Shown one piece after another: positions 1-7,257 of a stretch of 12,614 bases of DNA. A model generated the notes under the pieces. That model made no database searches. It was not told the origin of the DNA and saw only the letters and a list, made by a program, of their open reading frames with translations. Source of the DNA: Myxococcota bacterium (GTDB taxonomy: Bacteria > Myxococcota > UBA4151); NCBI GenBank assembly GCA_040260805.1, contig JBDQPD010000104.1:1-12614 (forward strand), given 5' to 3'. The position numbers were made by a program, and so were the translations under genes. Within the stretch, counting starts at the first letter, position 1. The number at the start of each line of letters is the position of its first letter.

Positions 1-1
1 C

Positions 2-571
2 TTTGAGGCGTGGGTGGAGGGCAGAACCGGTTTTCCGATGGTCGATGCCTGCATGCGCAGTCTGGCTGCGACCGGCTGGTTGAACTTTCGGATACGCGCC
101 ATGGTGGTCTCCTTTGCGAGCTACCACCTCTGGCTCCCGTGGCGCCAAACCGGTCTGTACCTAGCCCGCCAATTTCTCGATTACGAACCCGGGATTCACT
201 ACAACCAATTGCAGATGCAAAGCGGGGTCACCGGGATCAACGCCGTGCGGATCTACTCGCCCACCAAGCAAGCGACCGATCACGACCCTCAAGGCACCTT
301 TATTCGCCGCTGGGTGCCCGAGCTCGAGACGGTTCCTCTCCATCGACTCGCTCAGCCCCACACGCTCGATATGATCGAACAATCCGAGACGAGCTTTCGC
401 GTCGGCATCGATTATCCGCTACCGATCGTGGACCACGCGGAGGCGGTCGCACAGGCGAAGCAACGAATCTTTGCGGTTCGGCGCACAACGACCGCCAAGG
501 AACAAGCGGCTCGAGTTCTTGAGCGCCACGGCAGCCGGCGGCGCACCCCAAAGCGGCGGCGTTCACGCTAA
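2..571 (+). CDS. Photolyase/cryptochrome family protein, C-terminal FAD-binding domain (5'-truncated by window edge)
   Basis: The frame is open from base 2 (FEAWVEGRTGFPMVDACMRSL...) to TAA at 569-571. FAD-binding domain motifs: W..GRTGFPMVDACMR.L..TGW, R.RAMVVSF, PWR, FLDYE, RIYSPTKQ..DHDPQG.FIRRWVPEL, YPLPIVDH. Ends in a basic tail (RHGSRRRTPKRRRSR). Confidence 0.93.
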   Translation, partial: FEAWVEGRTGFPMVDACMRSLAATGWLNFRIRAMVVSFASYHLWLPWRQTGLYLARQFLDYEPGIHYNQLQMQSGVTGINAVRIYSPTKQATDHDPQGTFIRRWVPELETVPLHRLAQPHTLDMIEQSETSFRVGIDYPLPIVDHAEAVAQAKQRIFAVRRTTTAKEQAARVLERHGSRRRTPKRRRSR

Positions 572-595
572 AATCACACCCTGTGTAGATTTTTC

Positions 596-620
596 AAGCC
601 GCTGAAATGGCTTATTTTTT
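596..620 (+). terminator. Weak intrinsic terminator candidate after the photolyase gene
   Basis: Stem AAGCCG (596-601) / TGGCTT (608-613, one G-U pair), 6-nt loop, then ATTTTTT (614-620), about 25 nt after the stop. A second imperfect hairpin, AAAATCACAC-cct-GTGTaGATTTT, lies at 570-593. Confidence 0.4.
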
Positions 621-936
621 AATGCCTAAAATTCGCTGAATGATCACAATTTACTATCGTTTACCAAAGCGTCGACCAAGTTGTGCCAAGCTTTGCTTAG
701 AGAGAGCAACGAGACCCTTGGTGCAGACGTAAGCCCGATCACAATATAACGTTAATATCCGAGCGACAGCGCTCCATCGAACCGTTTTCACCAGGACCTC
801 ACCGCTCAAAGACAGCTCGAAACCTGACCGCTCACTGCACCTACAACCCAAAAGGCACGCAGTCTTAGTCGTCAGTCGATCAGTTGTTCTTATCGCTTAA
901 TGGATTCGCTTGAACCTTTGGAGGCGCTGGGCATAC
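621..936 (+). promoter_or_regulatory. AT-richer intergenic region, probable promoter/operator region of the FAAL-P450 operon
   Basis: No credible CDS and visibly lower GC than flanking genes. GATCACAAT occurs at 642-650 and 737-745, palindrome TAACGTTA at 747-754, direct repeat ACCT(C/G)ACCGCTCA at 796-808 and 822-834, GGAGG at 920-924. No promoter hexamers assigned. Confidence 0.4.
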
Positions 937-3900
937 GTGCAGACTATTTTAAAGCTATTTTACGATCGTGTAGAGCAACACCCTGACCATCTGCTCTATA
1001 ATTTTCTGGATCGAGCCGGACGCACCACAGCGTCTTATACCTACGCCGATTTTTTGCAACGCACGACCGATGTAGCGGTGCACTTAAGACGCAGCGTAAC
1101 GCTTGAGCCAGGCGCTCGGGTGCTGCTGCTTTATCCGCCCGGCTTAGAGATGATCTGCGCCTTCTTTGCCTGCGTTCGGCTCGGTATGATTCCGGTGCCG
1201 GTGTATCCGCCGTCCGGTCGAGGGTTCGACGCTGCGCTCGCTAAAATGAACTATATAGCGACCGACTGCGGCGCCGCCGCGGTGTTGACGGAGCGCTCTT
1301 ATTTCTGGTCGCTCAAGGTGAACCAGGCGCGCAGCCGAATCGCGAGCTTTAGCCTTCGAAAAAATCGACTCGCAAAGATGCACTGGGTCGTCAGTGATGA
1401 TGCGCAAAAGAACACCTCGGCTCACCTGGTTGAGGGGCATTCAGACATCCTATTTTTGCAATACACGTCCGGCTCAACCAACCACCCCAAAGGGGTTATG
1501 GTCAGCCATGAAAACCTGCTGAGTAACTGCAGCGCGCTCGACTATCAGCCGGTCGGTGTCTCGTGGCTGCCGCAATATCACGACCTTGGATTAATCGGGT
1601 TCTACCTCTTCTTCGCGCTCAAGGGAGGCACCACCTACGGATTTTCACCCTTGGACTTTATCGAGCGACCGGCGCTTTGGCTCGAGACCATCGCCAAAGT
1701 CCAAGCCACCGCATCGGCGGCGCCCAATTTCGCCTTTGAGTACTGCCTGCGACCGGACAAAATGGCGCCAGAGAACTTAGCAGGGTTGGACCTGAGCTCG
1801 CTGCGATTTCTCATGACCGCCGCCGAGCCCGTTCGACCGCATATCTATCGAGATTTCATCACCAAATTCGAGCCTCATGGCTTGGACCCAGAAGCGTATT
1901 TTGCGGCTTATGGATTGGCTGAATTTACGCTCGCCGCTACCAATTTCGGTCGCCAAGTCGACGCCTTTGACGCCGAGCGGCTCAAGCAGAATCAAGCGGT
2001 GATCGCTCCTGCTAACGCTGCTCAGGATGACGCCAAAGAGTTGATCAGCTGCGGCGCCCCGGTTGCGGGAGCGAAGGTCAAAATTGTGGGGCTCAATGAT
2101 GACTTTAGAGCGCTGCCCGACGGCGCTGTCGGCGAGATCTGGTTGAGCGGCGCGAGCAAATCCAAAGGCTACTGGAACCGCCCCGAGCTGAGCCAAGCCA
2201 CTTTTGAGGCCAGGCTAAAGGGACAAAGCGAAGATGAGCCGGGGTGGCTTCGCACCGGCGATCTCGGGTTCCTTCGCGACGGTGAGGTCTACGTCTGCGG
2301 ACGCACCAAAGATCTGATCATCATCCGCGGTCACAATTACTACCCCCAAGATATCGAAGCCATCGTCGAGGGCGACTCGGCGATTCGAAAAGGCTGCGTC
2401 GCTGCGTTCGCCCACGATGACGACGCAGCCGAACACCTTGTGATCGTCGCCGAACTCAAGAACCCCAAGCAGCTACCCGATGTCGGTCGAATCCAAGGGG
2501 CGTTGCAGCGCAGTCTGGGCATCGCTGCCGAGCGCTTTGTCTTTATTCGAGCGCGGACGATCCCCAAGACAAGCTCGGGTAAAATAGCTCGCCATCAAGC
2601 CCTCAGCCAATGGCTAAACAACAGCCTTGAGCGTCTTGAAGAGGTCCAGCCCAGCGCCTACGAGCGCATCGATTCAACGCTCAAGCCAAGCCGTCATTCA
2701 GCCGGTTCGTTTGGAGCAGTTTTCGAACATTACGGTCTCACCGGCGAAGAGACCGGCACTCTAGGTGATGCAGGATTAGACTCGCTTCGCATCGCCGAAT
2801 TCACCCATGACCTCAAAGCCGTCCTGGAGCATCAAGGCAGCGACGATTTATCCGACGCGGTCGATCTGCGCTTCATCATCAAAATTGCGGTGTGTGAGCT
2901 CTTTGAGTTGCTCGTCGATGTTGGCGAGCTCGCGCCACAGTCTAAGCTACGCTTTAAGCGTCGAGTCTTGGCGCTGCAGCGCGAACACCAAGACCATGAA
3001 GCCGAGCTGATGCGCAGCGACACTGAGCTGCGCATCAACATGGCGACTTTGAGTGAACAGCTTAAACCTCAAGACTCAAGCGACGGTGTTGTCTTGCTCA
3101 CTGGAGGGACCGGATTTTTCGGACCCTTCATCCTAAAGAGTCTTTTAGAGCAGCAAGGCGATGACGTCTTTGTGTTGCTGCGCGCTGCAGACGAAGCGGT
3201 CGGGATGGAGCGTTTGCGACAAGCGATCGCTAGCGTTGGTGGAACCTCAGTGGGTAATTGGGAACAAAGGGTGCGACCGATCTGCGGCGACCTTGCTCAA
3301 GCCAACCTAGGTCTAGCCTCGACTCAATGGGACCAACTCGCGCAGCAGGTTCATACGATTTATCACAACGGCGCGCTGGTCAATTACCTCTTTGATTATG
3401 CCACCATGCGCGACGCTAACGTCGGCGGAACCCACGAGGTTATCCGTCTATCCATGAGCGGAAGAGCCAAGGTTCTCAACCATATTTCGACCACCTTTAT
3501 CTTTGGTTGGTCGGTCAAAGAGACCCTCAATGAAGCCGACACCAACCCTGAAATGGAGCACCTTGATTTTGGCTACAGCCAGAGCAAGTGGGTGTCTGAA
3601 CAGGTGGTGCTCAACGCCATGCAACAAGGGTTACAGGCTCGGATTTTCCGGCCAGCGCTCCTGAGCCCTTCGCTCACGGGAGGCGGCTACAACTTTGACA
3701 TCTCGATTCGGATGCTCGCGTTCATGCTCAAGCACCGTATCGGCACCACGGCGCAGAACCAGATCAGTCTATCCCCTGCGGATTTAGCAGCTGACAACAT
3801 CGTGGCGATCGCCTCACTGCCTCAGAGCGTCAACACCACCTTTCATGTAACCCGTGATCGCTACTCGACGATGCGTGATGTGACCTCGATTCTGGCTCGA

Positions 3901-4209
3901 TTGACCGATCAAGAGTTCGAGAACCTTCCGATGAAGGAGTTCGTCCCCGAGGTCATTGAGCGCTGTGGCAAAGCGGACTTACTCTTCCCCTTGCTCAATT
4001 TTTTGGTGCGCTCAGTCGACAAGATCACCGCCATGGAATTCAAACGCTACGACAGCAGCAACTTTCAGAAATTTCGAGCCCAGGCGACTCAAGGCGTTGA
4101 GGACCCGACCTTAGAGGACGTGGTGCTTGGTATTCTTAGGTTTATGCGGGCGCACCAAATTGGAGAGGTGCCCTCGCCCGACTCCCAAAGGAGCGTACGC
4201 CATGTTTAG
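937..4209 (+). CDS. Fatty acyl-AMP ligase (FAAL)-acyl carrier protein-thioester reductase (SDR) tridomain protein (A-T-R, carboxylic-acid-reductase-like architecture)
   Basis: Adenylation motifs YTSGSTNHPKG (1462-1494), FAAL-type SWLPQYHDLGL (1561-1593), YGLAEFTL, WLRTGDLGF, GRTKDLIIIRGHNYYPQDIE, PKTSSGK (2563-2583). Carrier motif LGDAGLDSL (Ser codon 2782-2784). Reductase motifs TGGTGFFG (3100-3123), HNGALVNY, NVGGT, HIST, YSQSK (3574-3588). Start placed at GTG 937, downstream of GGAGG 920-924; TTG 910 is the alternative. Confidence 0.92.
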   Translation: MQTILKLFYDRVEQHPDHLLYNFLDRAGRTTASYTYADFLQRTTDVAVHLRRSVTLEPGARVLLLYPPGLEMICAFFACVRLGMIPVPVYPPSGRGFDAALAKMNYIATDCGAAAVLTERSYFWSLKVNQARSRIASFSLRKNRLAKMHWVVSDDAQKNTSAHLVEGHSDILFLQYTSGSTNHPKGVMVSHENLLSNCSALDYQPVGVSWLPQYHDLGLIGFYLFFALKGGTTYGFSPLDFIERPALWLETIAKVQATASAAPNFAFEYCLRPDKMAPENLAGLDLSSLRFLMTAAEPVRPHIYRDFITKFEPHGLDPEAYFAAYGLAEFTLAATNFGRQVDAFDAERLKQNQAVIAPANAAQDDAKELISCGAPVAGAKVKIVGLNDDFRALPDGAVGEIWLSGASKSKGYWNRPELSQATFEARLKGQSEDEPGWLRTGDLGFLRDGEVYVCGRTKDLIIIRGHNYYPQDIEAIVEGDSAIRKGCVAAFAHDDDAAEHLVIVAELKNPKQLPDVGRIQGALQRSLGIAAERFVFIRARTIPKTSSGKIARHQALSQWLNNSLERLEEVQPSAYERIDSTLKPSRHSAGSFGAVFEHYGLTGEETGTLGDAGLDSLRIAEFTHDLKAVLEHQGSDDLSDAVDLRFIIKIAVCELFELLVDVGELAPQSKLRFKRRVLALQREHQDHEAELMRSDTELRINMATLSEQLKPQDSSDGVVLLTGGTGFFGPFILKSLLEQQGDDVFVLLRAADEAVGMERLRQAIASVGGTSVGNWEQRVRPICGDLAQANLGLASTQWDQLAQQVHTIYHNGALVNYLFDYATMRDANVGGTHEVIRLSMSGRAKVLNHISTTFIFGWSVKETLNEADTNPEMEHLDFGYSQSKWVSEQVVLNAMQQGLQARIFRPALLSPSLTGGGYNFDISIRMLAFMLKHRIGTTAQNQISLSPADLAADNIVAIASLPQSVNTTFHVTRDRYSTMRDVTSILARLTDQEFENLPMKEFVPEVIERCGKADLLFPLLNFLVRSVDKITAMEFKRYDSSNFQKFRAQATQGVEDPTLEDVVLGILRFMRAHQIGEVPSPDSQRSVRHV

Positions 4210-5566
4210 AAGCACCATTACCAACGCACCTCATATTCATCGCCTTCGCGTCCTCAAAGACGTGCGAGCGATGATCCGAAATCCCGTGTCGGTCTTTGAA
4301 CGCTACCGCGAAGAATTCGGGTCAACCTTTACCTTCCACCTCGGGGTGACCAAGCCCGCCATCGTCTCGACAGATCCGGACTTCATCCAGCATGTGCTGC
4401 AGAAGAACCACACCAACTACAACAAATCGGACATCCAAACGGAGCGTATGGCCGAATTCCAAGGGCAAGGTCTGCTCAACAGTCACGGCGACGCCTGGTT
4501 TCGCCAGCGGCGCTTCTTAGCCAAAGGATTTTTGCGCAGTCGGCTGGCGACCTTACTGCCCTTGCAGCGCGAGGTCATGGACGAGGCGATGGCTGGCTTT
4601 GCCCAGCGCGCTGACCAAGGTCCGGTCGATATCTATCACGAGATGGTCGAGGTCACTCTCAAGCTGGTGGGTAAGTCTCTTTTTGGGCGCTTGATCAGCG
4701 ACAAAGAGCTTCAGTTTACTGCCGATGCGGTCTCCGAGGTGCAGGCCTTTATCGTGCGCCAAATTGTGCAGCCCTATCTGATCCCTTGGTTTCGGTTCAG
4801 CGGGCAGTCGGATCATTATCAAAACATTCGAATCGCAGGTGATCAGTTGATCTCAGCCTATATTGATCGCCGCCGTAGCGAGGGCGGAAACGACAGCGAC
4901 TTGCTCAAGCATATGCTCGAGACACCGCTCGAAGACACCGGTCAGCCGATGACCGAGAGCCAGGTCTTGATCGAGACCTTGCAGCTGCTCATCGCCGGCA
5001 ACGAGACCTCCTCAAACGGGCTGACGTGGACCTTTTATCTGTTGGCCAAACACCCCGAGTACATCGGCAAAATTCGCGCCGAGATCGAGGCAGCGACCGG
5101 CGATGGACCCCTCGATTTTAAGGCGCTGCATGGGCTCGGGTTTACGCTGCAGGTCATCGAAGAAGCGCTCCGCCTCTACCCGCCGTTTTGGATGATCGAT
5201 CGCACCGCCATGGGCGATGATGAAATCAACGGTGTTAAGATCCACAAAGGCATGACGGTGATCCCCTACCTTTATGGAGTGCATCGCAACACCGATCACT
5301 GGGCCGATCCCGAAACCTTTGACCCCAGCCGCTTTGAGCGCGGCGCGGTTAAGGCTCGCCATGGCTTTGCCCACCTCCCCTTCGGCGGAGGACCGAGGGT
5401 CTGCATCGGCTCCAACATGGCGATGATGCAAATCCTGCTGATCCTGATCTCGTTTGTTCGCGACTACGATTTCGAGTTCGCAACGGATCATGAGACCACC
5501 ATGTCACCGATGATGATCCTGCGCCCGGATGGACCGATTAAGATGCACTTTAGACGGGTGCGCTAG
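4202..5566 (+). CDS. Cytochrome P450 (soluble, about 454 aa)
   Basis: C-helix W...R (WFRQRR), I-helix AGNETS (4994-5011), K-helix EALR, meander FDPSRF, heme motif FGGGPRVCIG (5381-5410, Cys codon 5402-5404). ATG 4202 follows AAGGAG (4188-4193) and overlaps the upstream gene by 8 nt (ATGTTTAG). Confidence 0.96.
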   Translation: MFRSTITNAPHIHRLRVLKDVRAMIRNPVSVFERYREEFGSTFTFHLGVTKPAIVSTDPDFIQHVLQKNHTNYNKSDIQTERMAEFQGQGLLNSHGDAWFRQRRFLAKGFLRSRLATLLPLQREVMDEAMAGFAQRADQGPVDIYHEMVEVTLKLVGKSLFGRLISDKELQFTADAVSEVQAFIVRQIVQPYLIPWFRFSGQSDHYQNIRIAGDQLISAYIDRRRSEGGNDSDLLKHMLETPLEDTGQPMTESQVLIETLQLLIAGNETSSNGLTWTFYLLAKHPEYIGKIRAEIEAATGDGPLDFKALHGLGFTLQVIEEALRLYPPFWMIDRTAMGDDEINGVKIHKGMTVIPYLYGVHRNTDHWADPETFDPSRFERGAVKARHGFAHLPFGGGPRVCIGSNMAMMQILLILISFVRDYDFEFATDHETTMSPMMILRPDGPIKMHFRRVR

Positions 5567-7086
5567 GCGCCGCCTGATTCAGAGCTCGGTCCCGCTGTGA
5601 GCTCATCACCGATGTCGGCTAAGTGCTCTTGTCCGGCGCGGTCGCCTAAGCTGAAGATGATCCCGACAATAAAGCTGAGCAAGAAGGCTGGTGGAAGCTC
5701 ACTAAGCTCGGTGAAAAACACACCCATCATGCCCGGTAAGGCGGTAGCGCCAAACTTGAACAAAGGGACACCAACAAAGCCTGCGAGCATCGCCGCTATG
5801 GCGCCTCGTGCGGTAAAGCGAGTCCACGCCAAGCTCAGGATAATCGTCGGACAAAAAGTCGCAGCGATGCCGCTCCAGCCAAAAATAACGAACCAAAATA
5901 TAGTCCGACCCGGCACCGCAATCGCCACCCCGACCGCTACCGCAAAAGCGATGGCTGCTAAGGCAAAGGTCGTGTTTCGCCCCATCGAGAGTAAGCTCTC
6001 ATCGCTGAGCTCGGGGTTCTTAATCTGCTGGTGATAATCCCGCACAAAGGCGCTCGATGCGACGACCAGCAAACTGTCCACCGTGCTCATCGTCGCCGAC
6101 AAGACGATGGCGATATAGATGCCCACTAAGAACGCTGGCAGCAGCTGGTCGACCAATAAGGGCAGCACGTCTTGACCGCCGTTGCCCAGATCTGAGCCGA
6201 CCAAAATAGCGCGCCCGCACAGGCCGATCATCACCGCGCCGCCGTCTGCGATGATGGTCCAAACAATAGCGGTCGCGGTGCCCTTTGAGATCTCGGATTC
6301 GTCGCGTAAGGCGAGGAAGCGAACAAAGATCTGCGGCGAGCCCAAGAAGCCTAAACCAATAAGCCCTAAGCCTAAAATCGAGGCGACCCCGGTCGCCGTC
6401 CAGCCCATGCCGCCCGTCCAGCTCAGCAGGTTCGGATCAGCGGCCGCCAAGGCTGCGCTGACCGGACCCCAGCCGCCCATATGAACCAAGGCGATAATCG
6501 GAAGCGCCGCTAGGCCGATGACCATCAGCGTGCCTTGAAAGACATCACTCCAGACCACCGCAAGGAACCCACCCGACACCGTGTAGACCATCACCACCGC
6601 AAAGCCGACGAGCGCTCCAACGTAGTAGTTCCAGCCCAAAAAGCTCTCAAAGGCGCTGCCGGTGGCGTCGATCTGAGCGGACACGTAGATGGTGACAAAA
6701 ATCACCAAGGTCAGCGCCGCAACACGCCGTAAGTTCTGGCTCTTGTCGCGAAAGCGCGACTCCAGATAATCGGGGATGGTCACCGAGTCGTAGCGTGTGG
6801 TGAGGCGATGAAACCGCCGACTCATCAAAAGCCACGCCGCCGCCACGCCCAGCACTTCACCGAGCACCACCCAGAAGGCTTTCACGCCGATCGCAGCGCC
6901 CATGCCGGTCAGGCCGAGCAGCAACCAAGCCGACTCGCCTGTGGCGCGCGCCGAGAAGGCGACGGCGAGAAACCCTAAGTCCTTTCCAGCCGCGAAATAG
7001 TCGCGCAGATCCTTCATTCGACGGCTGGCGAGCACGCCGATCAAAAGGAGTGCACCTAAGTACAACGCGATCCCGAAAAATTGCAT
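5563..7086 (-). CDS. putP: Sodium:solute symporter (SSS family), PutP-like sodium/proline symporter
   Basis: About 13 hydrophobic segments. PutP-like motifs DYFAAG..LG, SARATGESAWLLLGLTG, TIPDYLESRF, GGFLAVVWSDVFQG, LGFLGSPQIFVRF, SATMSTVDSLL, GWSGIAATFCP. ATG at 7086 (TTG 7089 alternative) with AGGA just upstream. The family is secure; proline specificity is not. Confidence 0.88.
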   Translation of the reverse strand: MQFFGIALYLGALLLIGVLASRRMKDLRDYFAAGKDLGFLAVAFSARATGESAWLLLGLTGMGAAIGVKAFWVVLGEVLGVAAAWLLMSRRFHRLTTRYDSVTIPDYLESRFRDKSQNLRRVAALTLVIFVTIYVSAQIDATGSAFESFLGWNYYVGALVGFAVVMVYTVSGGFLAVVWSDVFQGTLMVIGLAALPIIALVHMGGWGPVSAALAAADPNLLSWTGGMGWTATGVASILGLGLIGLGFLGSPQIFVRFLALRDESEISKGTATAIVWTIIADGGAVMIGLCGRAILVGSDLGNGGQDVLPLLVDQLLPAFLVGIYIAIVLSATMSTVDSLLVVASSAFVRDYHQQIKNPELSDESLLSMGRNTTFALAAIAFAVAVGVAIAVPGRTIFWFVIFGWSGIAATFCPTIILSLAWTRFTARGAIAAMLAGFVGVPLFKFGATALPGMMGVFFTELSELPPAFLLSFIVGIIFSLGDRAGQEHLADIGDELTAGPSSESGGA

Positions 7087-7257
7087 CAAGCCATCCTAAC
7101 GATCTCAGGGCGCTGCCCCAACCCATCAACGGTCCAAACTGTCTGATGCACTGTTAATTGTCGAGGAACCCATAAAATCGCCGTGTGCTACTGGTAAGGC
7201 CTGCAGAAAAGATGGCATCAGCACATCGAACCAAAGCGCATCACGACCACCAATAAC

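Noticed and set aside
10..522. 170-aa + strand ORF
   Set aside because: Alternative frame over the motif-supported photolyase gene; Arg/Ser/Pro-rich shadow composition.
654..851. 65-aa minus-strand ORF in the intergenic region
   Set aside because: TTG start, no recognisable motif, no supporting evidence.
910..936. ORF-track TTG start for the FAAL gene
   Set aside because: No SD upstream; the GGAGG lies inside this stretch and better serves GTG 937, although the 12-nt spacing is long.
4127..4201. N-terminal extension of the P450 in the ORF track
   Set aside because: It would overlap the FAAL gene by 83 nt; ATG 4202 has a well-spaced AAGGAG.
937..4209. Assignment as myxobacterial ElbD, Ols or a true NRPS/PKS
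   Set aside because: No acyltransferase, ketosynthase, sulfotransferase, thioesterase or condensation motifs were seen; only A-T-R.
4202..5566. P450 as an OleT/CYP152 fatty-acid decarboxylase
   Set aside because: It retains the AGxET acid-alcohol motif and canonical heme signature, unlike CYP152 peroxygenases.
2..5566. Photolyase functionally linked to the FAAL-P450 pair (light-driven lipid chemistry)
   Set aside because: Only adjacency supports it; they are separated by 365 nt containing a terminator candidate. Conserved synteny would be needed.
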